NCBI RefSeq assembly: GCF_006345805.1
Contig: NC_043003.1
Coordinates: 34,720,001 to 34,784,000 of the forward strand
DNA length: 64,000 bases
Origin: Octopus sinensis
Lineage: Eukaryota
Reading direction: 5' to 3'
Shown here: positions 14,748-27,818 of the stretch, in pieces
Numbering within the stretch: position 1 is the first letter of the stretch
How the letters are laid out: every line of letters begins with the position of its first letter
The notes under the pieces: generated by a model
Databases searched by the model: none
The model's input: the letters and a program-made list of their open reading frames with translations, nothing else
Told to the model about the DNA's origin: nothing
Made by a program: the position numbers and the translations under genes

Positions 14748-14996
14748 AAAATAGCGTTTAAAATTTATGACAGCTGTTTCGGTAGAATTTATCAGCGTAT
14801 TCATATTTCTACATCATAACATGCAAACTATTCATGTAAGATTTAAACAGGTAAGATATTAAACAAGTGAGTTTTTGAACGTCTTACCAGTTTAAAATTT
14901 TACTTGAATGTGGTAACTTATATGCTATGACGTAATCTATAAATAAATCAATAAAATTCTACCGAAACAGGTGTCATGAATTTTAAAGGCCATTTC
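14748..14996. repeat. ~250-bp imperfect palindrome (foldback element)
   Basis: TTTAAAATTTATGACAGCTGTTTCGGTAGAATTT (14757-14790) matches the reverse complement of AAATTCTACCGAAACAGGTGTCATGAATTTTAAA (14954-14987) at 32/34. The inner arms pair down to a ~23-nt spacer near 14858-14880. Confidence 0.85.
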
Positions 14997-15082
14997 TGTT
15001 TCTCTCTCCCTCTCTGTATATATATATATATATAACGTGTATATGTGTGAGTTTAAATTTCATACGAACTGATGGTATTATT

Positions 15083-15298
15083 TCAAACAATATTTTGCAG
15101 TAATGCTTTGTGCATGCATATATTAAAAAGGTGGTAGGGGCAAACGTTGCATTGACACCTCTCGATTACCATGTCATCTGCATATTCTGTTAATAAAAGC
15201 ACAACTTCGTTTGTAACGTACGAGTCTTCGTTGCAATTAAAGGAACAAATGTAGGGCAAACTAACAGAGGTTATTGCCAAAAATGTGGCACTTGGCAA
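15083..15298 (-). pseudogene. Possible highly decayed LINE reverse-transcriptase fragment
   Basis: The only support is a YADD motif in hydrophobic context (VVLLLTEYADDMVI). Confidence 0.25.
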
Positions 15299-15585
15299 TC
15301 CAAGTAACCAGTTCTCGGTGACAGAAATATTAATAATATATGTGTTATTTCAGTTATTCTGCAAATCTTAAGTTTGTTATTTCTGTTATTTACTGTCCTG
15401 TTATTCGTATATTCTTTTCTATCCCACTTTTACGTTGTAGTTTTGTTCGTATTTTTGTAATTAAAGTTTCACGACGCCATCACTCAAAATGTCTCAAAAA
15501 TCGATCGTCATGTACATAGACATATTCACGTTACACACACACATACACACACACACAAACGCACACACACACACTCACTAACAGA

Positions 15586-15775
15586 CACACATGCATACAT
15601 ACATACACAGGCACACACGCATACGTACACCTACATAGATATACACACACACACATGCATACATACATACATACACAGGCACACACGCATACGTACACCT
15701 ACATAGATATACACACACACACACACACACATGCATACATACACAGGCACACACGCATACGTACACCTACATATA
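15586..15775. repeat. Minisatellite, 3 copies of a ~68-bp CA-rich unit
   Basis: Core CATACACAGGCACACACGCATACGTACACCTACATA recurs near 15602, 15670 and 15737. Confidence 0.8.
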
Positions 15776-15784
15776 TATATATAG

Positions 15785-15815
<31 letters not shown>

Positions 15816-17012
15816 CACACTTGCATAGATACAAACGGACATACATATATGAGTGAACGTGTATGTGTGTGTGTGTGTATGTTATTCACACACATACATA
15901 TACACATATGTGTATATATACAAAGGTATGTGTACACATATATATTTATGAATGTGTGTGCATGTGTGTGTAATTCCGACTCTCACCATCGAAGTTATAT
16001 TTTACTGCTTTTAGCATTTGCTCCGCCTTTAGATTTCCATTTCTTACACATATAATTAAGCTGGAAGAAATAACATATCGATTTATGTCTTTACTCAAGG
16101 TCAGTTTCGTTAGAAGGAAGAATTATTATAGTTATAACGATGACTCATTCCCTCATTATAATACTGGTATTAAATTGGTGATTATTATGATGAATTTTAT
16201 TTACCATTGTTTTAGTTTGATCTCAGAACCTTTTAGATATATGACAAACAGGCACTGTCCAAAATACATAATGCAATGTGTACAGATAGTACTTCAGTCA
16301 CCTAGATGAGCGCTCCCTTTTGAAACTTTTCTCTCACTAACTCCTATTTTCTGCCCCACTATTTTTAATTCCCTAACTGCAACCTCACTGCTGTTCCTTC
16401 ACTACATTTATATTTCAATATTTTATCACGTAAGTTTTTCTTGACTTTTTTAAAAGAAAACATTCCTAGTATTCTTTAAGTTTCTGCCGCTTTCTTTACA
16501 TTTTGCGATTTCATTGATAAATTCGTTCTTTCCGCCAGCCCACCGCTAACTTCTATCTTAGTCATACATTCAAGCATTTTTCTCAGCTTGTCCGACGTAG
16601 ATTTTTTTCTCTCATTTTGTACTCTTTTCATTCGAATCTCTATCTTTATCAAGTCAGCCATATTCCTTTCCTCTTTTCCATGCTTCCCCCACCCCGATAT
16701 ATCTCTCACTCACTCACTCTCTTTTACTTTTTCTCTTCCTTCCCAACAAATATCCTCTAAATTTTTGTTTCCAAAATCTCCTCTTTTTATCACTCAATTC
16801 TTTTCCAGTTTTTGTTTCAGTCGCCTCTAATCTCACCCAGTTAATCTCCGACATCTGTTTCCCGCCGGTATCAAACCTTATCGTCTGTCACTTCCATATT
16901 TCTTGTCTCCGCTTACCAGACATAATTAATAAACGCTCTCTCGCTCAGCCCTTTATCTATCATCGATATTGCATTCTCAGCTCTCACTTAATTCACCGAA
17001 TTTGGATTCTTT

Positions 17013-17017
<5 letters not shown>

Positions 17018-17107
<90 letters not shown>

Positions 17108-17125
17108 AAGAAGAAAAAGAAGAAG
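17018..17125. repeat. (AAT)n switching to (AAG)n
   Basis: Directly visible. Confidence 0.95.
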
Positions 17126-17837
17126 AAACAACAATAATTGAATATTTTTCCTTCCAATTTATTTTTTCTGATTATCTTTATATATCAAATTCTCATTCAT
17201 TGAATACTGTCTCGTTTTCTCCCACTTTCTCCTTAGTCTTTCATTCCTTTTTCTCTATTTCTTCTACCTTCCTCTCCGTCTTCTGCAGTTGTTTCTCTTA
17301 CGTCGGGACGGTTCCACTTTCTCTTCCTGTCTCCCATCCGGCCTCCTTCTCATTCTCCCTCCTTCCCAACCTATGTCATTCTTTCTCTCTTTACCATTCT
17401 TCCTTTCCGTCATTCTTTGCTCTCTTTGATATCACTTTCTTCTCCATCATTTGCTTTATTCTTCATTCAATTTCTTTGTTCGGCCGGGCCATCCCTCTGC
17501 CCTAGATAGCATATATCTGTAAGAGTATGTTTCGCGTTATGTAGTGATACATGTGTGCGCGCGGTGTAATGTATGTATGGCTGTATGAGAGAATACGTGG
17601 TTGTGTATTACCTGCATATATTTGTGCGCGTGTTTATGTATGCATGTATGAATGTATATATGAATCTATGTATCAGTGTGTATTGAGATGTGAGTATGAG
17701 TGAGTGTGCGCAGGCATGTATGTAAGAGTATATATATATATATATATATATATATTCCATATGTATACAGACATACATACCTACATGCATATATGTATAT
17801 ATATACATACATATTATATATATATATATATATATAA

Positions 17838-17869
<32 letters not shown>

Positions 17870-17996
17870 CATATACATATTATACATAAATATATATACA
17901 TATCTATACATATACATACCTACATACATAACGTATATGCATATGTGTACATAATATATAGTGTGTGTGCGTGTGTGTGTATGTGTGTGTGTGTAT

Positions 17997-18038
<42 letters not shown>

Positions 18039-19050
18039 GGTTCTACAAAGTCGGAACGTTTGTATTGACGGATATGCTTAGTGGCAGCAAAAATATGTAG
18101 TAAAAATAGGAAAAAAAAAACTAAAATGAAGTATAAAAGAATATAATTAATAAAAATAAATACATAAAAATGCTATAAAATCTAAAAATAAAGAAAATAA
18201 ACGCATACATTTACTCGTATATGCATATAAAACATGAAGACGGTTGGAAATGTCTTATTAAAGAGTGCCAACATTAATATCCACTCCCTTTCCTTCACCA
18301 TGCCCAGTCTTAATCTCTTTTCGCCTTCTTTCTTTCTTTCTTTTTTGCTATGATTTCTATGTTTTTTTTACTTCATTTTTCTGTTATTTGCATTTTCCTA
18401 GTGATTTCGAGTTGTTTCACGTCGAAGTCTTCGTTCCGCTTAGGTTTTTTCCAAATGTTAGTACCCACCACTTATAAAGATTCTCAAAGACAACATCACA
18501 AGAGCTGAACATATTAAATAACATTCTTCAACTTCAACTACACGCCGACCCATTCCTTCATTCACCGATGCATGCAGCCAGGCAGGCAGCCTGCCAGTCA
18601 AACTTCCAGCCAGCGAGCCAAATCAGCCACCCAACCCGTCAGTCAATGACACTCGAGTTGGGAGGTTGGTTGACTGGCGATAATAATATATTATAGATAT
18701 ATATATATATTATATATATATCAATATATAGATATATATATATTATATAGTATATATATATCTATATATATATATATAGATATATATATATATATACATA
18801 TATATACATATATACACATATATACATATATGTATATATATATGTATATATATATGTGTATATATATACGTACACAAAAATAATTAGGTGCAATTATACA
18901 TGTATAGTTAATTGCCTCAGACAATAAGGCACATGAATATAAACCAAATAAATATAATACATATATACATCTTTATTATTTCTACGCAGATACAGACACG
19001 CACATTCATAATATATGATGTGTGAACGTGTGTGGTAAGTATATATTATA

Positions 19051-19136
<86 letters not shown>

Positions 19137-19782
19137 CACATACATATATGCATATTAAGTGCGTATATATGTGTGTGAGTGTGCCTAATGTTTTATGTGG
19201 ATGTAAATAGACATTCATATTTATATATGGAAGTATGCTTATGTGTGTGCGTGTGTGTACGCATATCACACGCGCATCCGCATACATATCGAACATATGT
19301 CCACCATCTATCGATTTATTCACCATATCAGTATTAGGAGCCAGTCATCCGTATATGAAACTATGCATTCATTCATATATCCATACATCCTTATGTATGG
19401 ATATATATACTATGTATGGATATGGATATATATATATATATATATATACTAGATATGTTTCTATATATATATTTATATATGTATGTATATGTGTGTGTGT
19501 CTATATATGTGTGTGTGTCTATATATGTGTGTGTGTATGTGGTGCTTATGTGTGTGTTTGCGTTTAGTTATGAGCATCCAAAGATGCAGACTTCCAAACA
19601 TTATTATACCTACTCGTATATACCCTATCCCTCTCCTGGGTTTATATCAATTCTTGAGTAATGCAGAAGCACAGGCATACATATGCACACACATTCGTGT
19701 GTAATGTATCCATGAATCACGAGCCGTCATATATATATATCCATACATGCACACACAAACATCCATCATAAAGCTGTATGTA

Positions 19783-19843
<61 letters not shown>

Positions 19844-20013
19844 TTATATATATATGTGTGGTATGTATAGTAAGATGATGTGAGATAGCTGAATACCTAA
19901 ATATACTTACATTTACACCCTATATACAAATATACAAACGATATGTATGTGCGATATATATATATGATATATATATATGACATGATATAATTATATATAC
20001 GTATATGTATCTA

Positions 20014-20092
<79 letters not shown>

Positions 20093-20822
20093 GTATATGT
20101 ATATATATACATAAATATTATATATATTATATGTATATATATAGACAGATAGACAGTGAGTGTGAGGGAGACGTGCATACGCAGCCGCACAAGTGCATGC
20201 GTGTGTGTGTGTGCGCGCGTTTGCGCATCATTTTTTAATTGTATACATCGATTTACGTTTCCCTTTCTGACGTACACACTCAGACATAATCATGCACAGA
20301 CGGAGACGGTGAATAACATCTTTTAAATGTCCGTACATACACAGACATTTAAATATATGTGTGCAATAGACATAAAGAGGCTCCTGTTCTTAATGAGAAA
20401 TTCACACTAATCGTCAACATTGATGCATACATGCATTCTATCATATCTGATGTCCTACAATCACATCGACATAAATGACACACACACACACACAAATATG
20501 CATACATATAGATACATATACTTTCTCCCACCATCGTAAGAGTACGTATATTCGCATACATACATGCAAACAGTTATACACTCTTATACACTCTTCCTCA
20601 CTTCACGTCGCACCTACCAACCGTATTAGTTGTCTATCAAGAAATTATTCATGTTCCCGGACCCAATGAAGCGTTGATCGGGACATCTTCTTAACTCGTA
20701 CAGAACTCGTAACTGTGAAGAGCAGATTCTGTGCGCAAGCGTGTTAATGTGTTTGCAGGAGTTGGTGTGTGTGTGTGCGAGTCTGCAACTGTGTGTGAGT
20801 GAGTGTGTGTGTGTGTGTGTGT

Positions 20823-20892
<70 letters not shown>

Positions 20893-23300
20893 CATGTGTG
20901 TATGTGTGTATGCTGCTCACAACGACGAAACGTTGAGAGAAAATATAGTTTTAACGGTGTACGGCAGTCGGATCGCAAACCGTTTTTGCTCTGCAAGAGT
21001 AGTCTAAATAAAAGTTTCAAAAAAGGGGAAGTAACGAAATGTAAGTGCATATGATCCACACACACATACATAATATATATGTGTTTATACACGCACACAC
21101 ACACACATGCACACAAGCACACACGAATACCTATTTTAAAATAAGCTTATGCATGAACATAGAGTAATAGTCTCTGCTTATATTGCACTAGGCCACACAT
21201 CTATAGCTAAAGTGTGCAGTCGATGCAGACTATTTTATGACAGGACTAGCGTTTATTATTATGGAACCTTGAGAAGCTAATTTTTTTTTTTACGAATCCA
21301 GTGGAATTATTCAGGAAACAAACACATTAAACTAATCAACATTAAGCATTTACTCCTTCATTACCAATCTTGATCAATGATTTGTTATATTAGCTGCGGG
21401 ACACATTTTCTAAGGTAGAATATTACTGTAAAAACAAATATTGACAAAAATACATTTTGATCAATCTGGAAGGATATTAGGCGAATCAACACTTGTAGGA
21501 ATTGCACTTGACTGTAAAGCACCATAACTATTCAACGGTCTCTAATAGACGTGAATAATGAGACAAGAAATGGTGACATTATATAATACATCTGGTAAAC
21601 GTGTTAGTGTATTAATAATATATATTCAACCGACAGTGACTCTCAGTTACAATTATAACCTGACTACCAGCGTCTATTATGCTATTTCAGCACACAAAAC
21701 AACATTCTACTGTAGTTAATATAGGCAAGTGGATCCATCAATCTTATTTAACTTCTTGAGACGAAAACGAGGGAAACTAAATAATATAAATAAAATAGCT
21801 AAGGAGAGATTTGGGTTGTATAATGAAACTATTTTCGGCTACTTTCTCAATAATGTGTGCGTGTGTATCATTAACACCACCTTTTGACTTTGATATAAGG
21901 TAACTTTTTTCATCATATTAGTGTTTTTCACGCGACAGTGAGAGGATATTCAAACTTTCTTTAACCGTCGATTAGCATTAGTAATCGAGATTGGCTAAAC
22001 ATAACCGAGTTCAATCTGAGTTTGACTTGAAGAGCTTACGACACAGCCCAATTCCTCGCCATTTCCGAGACGAAAATAAGGTAAAAGGGGGCGGGGGATG
22101 CTTACCTATAAACATGGATAAGCAACCACTTTTAGCCTTTTAGATGCACAAGTGTAAAAAACCTGTTCAAAACAAATTTATAGGATATATTTTATAGATA
22201 AGAACTTTAAAGTAATGAATTTAGCTTCTAATAATTCATTTCTGATACCGTTTTACTCATGTCATCCATTTGTTGCCATCTTTGAATAAGGTTGGAATGT
22301 TTTCTCACTCTTCAATGCATACTACTCTCTTAATTACTTGCTGTATACCTACTACACAAGCCTTGAATGAATATTATTTGTTTTGGCCTGGATGCAGAGT
22401 TTTCAGAAAATAATTATATTATCGAAGACCCCTATTAGACCCCCTTTTTTTTTTTTGAGGAAGGTATTTATTCTTTCATGTAGTGTGTAATATTGCTCCT
22501 GTTTTAATTCAGTTGGGACAGCGGAAAGAGAAAATACAGATTGGATAGGATTAAGAATTGCGAAGCGTGAGATGTTAGTTAAAAGATTTCATTGAAATGT
22601 GTTTGGAAAAATGAACATGGAAATTGGAGCTATTACAAGAATAGAGACGCTGTTTTCAAGAGGCGGGTGCAAAGAAAGATATTGAAGGTGGTACTTCAAT
22701 GATTCATCTTACCTCATGTCCAACAAAGTCTGTATTGTTAAATTTTACAGGTTACAAGAGATATATATATAGTTAAGCAGGATTGCGGAGAACACTTCTA
22801 AGTATAGTGATTGTAAATTTGAATACTTTGAGAAATAAACGGATTGTTTTGATTTTATTGTATAATCGCAGTATTTTTAAACATAAAGGATACAATTGAT
22901 CAAGAAGGCTTTAAAGACACACAGATACAAACACATACATACACTCACATTTACACACACATATAGACATAAAGACTTAGGCACAAACGCGTGTACTCAA
23001 GAAATGTTTGGGAACCAGAGTTACACCATATCTAGTCGCGAAACATCCGCGTTACATCTACTAGTCTACATAGATTTTAATGATGTATTGCTCAGTCAAC
23101 CATAACACGGTCAATTTCAGGAACAAATTGTTAGATCCATTATCGTGTATTCTACCAGTGAGTCATTATTGTGTCTACAAATGTCATCCATAACTAAAGT
23201 CTATCCCTTTGGATTTCCACCTTAGTAAAATCTCTTCCCACTCTTTTCTTTCTTTTCTCTCTCTCTCTCTCTCTCTCTCTCATCCACCACTTATACGCAG

Positions 23301-23550
23301 ATACACACACGTACTCTTTCGACATAACCTAATCAGAAATCCCATTTTAATGAGAACTCTGCTGACAGCTACAGTAGAAGTAATAGCGCATCGATTCACA
23401 AAGTCTCTAGCGACTGCTTCTTTGACTAATCTGCTGTCACAGAATAATTCCTTCTTTGGTGGCAAAGGCAGTCTCTTTGGGTCTCGCTTAAAATCATTAC
23501 AGCAAAGCACGTATCTGACTAAAAGTTGTTTAGCAGAGTCACTTCAATAG
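23301..23550 (+). CDS. Candidate terminal coding exon of unknown gene (unverified)
   Basis: A long polypyrimidine tract plus TTATACGCAG acceptor at 23300 is followed by 250 nt of non-repetitive open frame (YTHVLFRHNLIRNPILMRTLLTATVEVIAHRF...CLAESLQ*). I recognise no homology. Confidence 0.25.
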
Positions 23551-24337
23551 TTCAGTCCTTAGTGGGCCAGCGATTGGATGCAACTATTCTATTTTGGTGT
23601 CAAAATTCTTTATTTTTGTTTTTTTTGTTTTTGCATTATTACGAAACCCTCTAGGGTGATCAGAACTGGCGCAGATGGTTTTAGCGGAAAAGGCTTAACA
23701 AGAATTTATGAGGTGACTTAGTTTTTTTTTTCTCTCTCTCTCTTAAATCTCGCGGGAATGATTGCCTTTCATACCACCAATGTCAAAACACAAATACCAG
23801 CTGAGCCAATGAGAGATTCTGTATATAGTAGCTTGACCTGCTAGATATAGCATGAAAACTCACAAATCACACTCTAACGTAGCTGAAAAAAAAAGAAACA
23901 AATGATAGACTACCCTCGATAAAAAAAACAAACCTACCGAATGGTCAGGATTGGAGTAACTTAGAGCATAAGCTTGATTCACTAGGGCTAACAGGGAGCT
24001 AAGCAACGACAATTACTAATAACAGTAATATACTATTAGAATGTAGTAAATCGCTTATTCCATTCTGATAACAGAAAGGAAATAGTGATTAATTCAATAC
24101 TACGAAATATTAATTCAGAAATATAACTAACAACAAAAAGAGTTATATTTTAAACATATGTATTTGATTTTAAACCCCAGGTCAATTCTGAAAGAAGAAA
24201 CCTATTTCTAATTATGTTTCATTTGGGTGCAATTTCTATGAAGCAGATCAATCGTGCAGAGGCTCCCGCAATGACCGTTTAGATACGTACACAAATACAT
24301 ATATGCATTAGCACACAAACACACACATACACACACA

Positions 24338-24383
<46 letters not shown>

Positions 24384-24773
24384 ATATATATATCACATAT
24401 AAAGAGAAAAGAAAAATTAAATTACAGACGGCAGGGACTTATATAACGTTAAATATACATACGTATCAACAAATATACATTACAGCTGTTTCAAATATTC
24501 GGTGATAAGTTGATACTGTAATGCAAAATATGCAAAAAGGTATGCATGTAACGTATAAATGAATTTTTGCCTTCAATAGTTGTTTATTTCTTCGCTTGTC
24601 TCTTTATTTCCTGTTTTCATAGGCAACTAGATTTCTTGGAAGTTGGAATTTAAGAAGCGGTCCAGCTCGTTCATTAATGTGGTGCTTATCTATTCTACGA
24701 AAATACTAGTGCCCTCTCATTCTTAATATACATGTATATATACATGCTTATATATATATACATATATATATAT

Positions 24774-26040
24774 AGGTAAATTGCCACCATTCTTTATTTT
24801 TTAGTTTTTATTTCGTGCATGGGCATTATTTGTTTTTCATTTTCTGAACTTCACAGTACAGTAGGGTCAGTTGGGTGCCCTCTGAGAGAGAAACAGCACT
24901 GTGATGCAAATCACTCTGCCAGAAATTTGGAAACGACATGCTGTACTGCTTGGCTTTTGCGCCAGAAGTTCCTGCACAAACATTTCAGAGTGTTTAGGTG
25001 TCAACTTGACACCCAAACACTCTGTTACAGTGAAGTAGACTCGTAAAGAGTTGGATGAGAATCTAATAATGATTACGAAAGCACGGCAGGTCGGAAAACT
25101 CACTGTGATCTTTCTGATGAGAAAAGAACTCCTGAATTCTTTGGTGAGATCCAGGCCATGATTGACAATAATCCCTCCAAGTCAATCAGGTTCATCGCCA
25201 CGGACATGGGAGTGTCTAAGTTCCTTACCAGGCAGGTAGTGCATAAAGACATTCAGTATTTCTTATATAAGATGGGAAAGGGTCAATTTTAACCCAAGCC
25301 ACCAATGACAAGATGAGAGACTACGCTACAACGCTTTTGAACAAACTCAAGCATCCCCTCCAACCGAATAAGCTTTGGTTTTTCTCAGAGGAGAAAAATT
25401 TCTGCCAGGACCAGATGGTAAACACATAGAGCAACCATTGGCTTGCCGTGTCCCCAAAACATGTACCAAGTGTGATAAATATAAAACATCCAATCAACAT
25501 TATGGTGTTTGGAGCGATCAATAGTGATGGCGACGTTATGTCTCCATTCATCTTCCCACACGGCCTCAGACTCAACACGGAGTCCTACATCAAGTGCCTG
25601 GAGGCTTTAGTGCTGCTCTGGATCAAGAGGATGGCTACCGGACGAACATATGTCTGGCAACAGGACTCTGCACCATGTAAAACAAACAGGAGAACCCAGT
25701 CATGGCTGTCAGGAATTTCTGCGACTACATCAATCCCCTAACATCTGACCACATAACTCCCCAGGCAGCAACCCGCTTGATTATTATGTGTGGGCGCAGT
25801 TGAGCGAGAGACCAACAAAACTCCTTGTGAGACCAAAGATGACCTGAAGGCAAGGATTATGGCAGCATTCCCCAACTTAAACAAGGACACCGTTCAGAAG
25901 AGTTGCAGGATATCCCGAAGTCGTCTAGGGGCCGTGGTTGAAGCTAATGGAAAATTTTATTGCACAAACTTACTCTTTAGTGTTTCAAGATAGCTTTCTG
26001 TAATTTTGGTAAATGTATGTTAAAATGAGATATTAAAATG
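24774..26040 (+). mobile_element. Degenerate Tc1/mariner-superfamily transposon, DD37D (maT-like) transposase pseudogene
   Basis: Broken frames from ATG 24904: MQITLPEIWKRHAVLLG..., WFFS(E)EKNFCQD, IMVFGAINSDG, YVWQQDSAPC..., NSP..NPLDYYVWGAVERETNK...RSRLGAVVEANG. After frameshift correction there are 37 residues between the 2nd and 3rd catalytic D. Several stops and frameshifts; no 3' TIR found. Confidence 0.9.
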
Positions 26041-26084
26041 AGTGTCAGATCACAACTATGTAGGGCGTACCCCTTTGAGAATAC

Positions 26085-26416
26085 CATGGCATGTAGGATT
26101 AGCCCTGTCATTAACTGTAGAACTAGAAATGTAGTTTACAGCTTAAGATGCATAGAAAGTGCTTTTAAAGACATGAACATGACATACATAGAGGAGGTAT
26201 CCAGGAGCATTGCGGAACGACTAAATGAACATTTGAGACAATATGACGACAAAAATCCATCCTCCATATTCTACCAACATGCCAAGGGCCAAGATGGAGG
26301 AAACCTGTGTTAACTTGACATCCACATCTTATCCAAGCACCCAAAGGACACAACACTCAGACAAATATGAGAGTACGTCCTCATAAATGAAACTTCCCCA
26401 ATACTAAATAGGAAAT
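26085..26416 (+). mobile_element. Penelope-like element fragment, GIY-YIG endonuclease domain (pseudogenised)
   Basis: INCRTRNVVYSLRCIES...TYIEEVSRSIAERLNEH...SSIFYQH...*LDIHILSKHPKDTTLRQI*EYVLINETSPILNRK fits the PLE pattern C..NVVY...C..C...YIGET.R....R..EH...E...I....P.LN. Confidence 0.8.
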
Positions 26417-26890
26417 ATACATAGTACATATCATATCCCCATATCCAGAGTTTACACAGGTAGAGAATAGTGGGCTGTTATGTAGATAGATGTATGTGTG
26501 TATGTGGGGTGTGTATGTATATATATATATGTATGTATGTACATAGATGTATGTGTGTGTAGGTGGGTGTATGTATATATGCATATGCACATGCATGTAA
26601 GCATATGGATCTGAAAGTAAACAGATCAACATACAGATGGATAAGTACATAGATTATATGAACAGACAAGCACACATACGCAAATGAAGACTGAAACGCA
26701 TGACAATATATACACACACTTTACTTCACACAAGGACACATGGAGACACACGGCCACACATATGAAGACTCACATCCATACATACAAATACGGTACATAG
26801 TTGCAAAAAACACACACACACTCAGACATGCACACACAAGGAGACAGAGGTACACACACACACACACACACACACCACATATATATATAT

Positions 26891-26942
<52 letters not shown>

Positions 26943-27459
26943 CACACACATACGCGCGCACACAAGCATAAAAACATAGAAACACGGACATGCAAACACA
27001 TGAATATGCAGAATACATGCAAATGTACAGACATAAATAGATACATATGCACACACACACACATACATGCATACACACACATATACCTAAATACATGTAT
27101 AGGCACACACTGATCCACACACATGTGAACAAACAAGCAAAAAGGAACACAGTGTGAGTAACGGACAAAACTACTGAAGAGGTTGCAAGATGCAACGAAA
27201 ATTTTAGAAAAATAAAAAAAGGAATAAGTGGAAGTTTTACCGGTGAGTGTCTTAAATTATAAGGTAGCAAAAAAGAATGACTCTTCCCAGACACAACAGA
27301 ATATATATATAATTGTGTAAGTAAAATTGCATAATTTATTAACAGTGAAACAATTGTATGGGGTTAATCTATTTTTTTTGTTATTTTTCATTTGTCCTGC
27401 TTGCTTACGTTCATAGTGTGCTAAATTTTTCTTAGTGGTTGAGACTCATGCGGATCTCT

Positions 27460-27501
<42 letters not shown>

Positions 27502-27530
27502 TTTATTAAAAGGCAGCAAAACTATCACAG

Positions 27531-27574
27531 AAACTGTTACTCAGAGTTTCACGTTCCCGTTCTTCGGACATTTT
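27531..27574 (-). ncRNA. Type I hammerhead-ribozyme-like motif, U4C core variant (mirror copy)
   Basis: Reverse complement AAAAUGU | CCGAAGA | ACG-GGAA-CGU | GAAA | CUCUGAGU | A | ACAGUUU: 3-bp helix II, near-palindromic helix III (ACUCUGAGU), GUA triplet. Confidence 0.55.
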
Positions 27575-27620
27575 AAAAACTGTCCGACGAACGGGAACGC
27601 GAAACTGAGTAACAGTTTTT
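27575..27620 (+). ncRNA. Type I hammerhead-ribozyme-like motif, U4C core variant
   Basis: AAAAACUGU | CCGACGA | ACG-GGAA-CGC | GAAA | C-UGA-GU | A | ACAGUUUUU: 9-bp helix I, core, helix II (A-C mismatch at base), short helix III, GUA cleavage triplet. Confidence 0.6.
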
Positions 27621-27719
27621 TGGATAGTTTTGCTGCTTTTTAATAAAGCATATTACTCTACTTCTGTACTATTCGAGTACTATTTTTTCCATCTTGTTTT
27701 GCATTCAAGTGCTTACTCT

Positions 27720-27769
<50 letters not shown>

Positions 27770-27770
27770 A

Positions 27771-27818
<48 letters not shown>

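Larger units (their letters stand above)
27501..27720. mobile_element. Palindromic element (148-bp inverted repeat 27501-27648 plus ~70-bp one-sided tail), probable Penelope-derived terminal-repeat inversion
   Basis: CTTTATTAAAAGGCAGCAAAACTATC...GGACA / TGTCC...GATAGTTTTGCTGCTTTTTAATAAAG are near-perfect reverse complements around a 10-nt spacer. It is flanked by (TA)n tracts. The PLE origin is inference. Confidence 0.85.
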
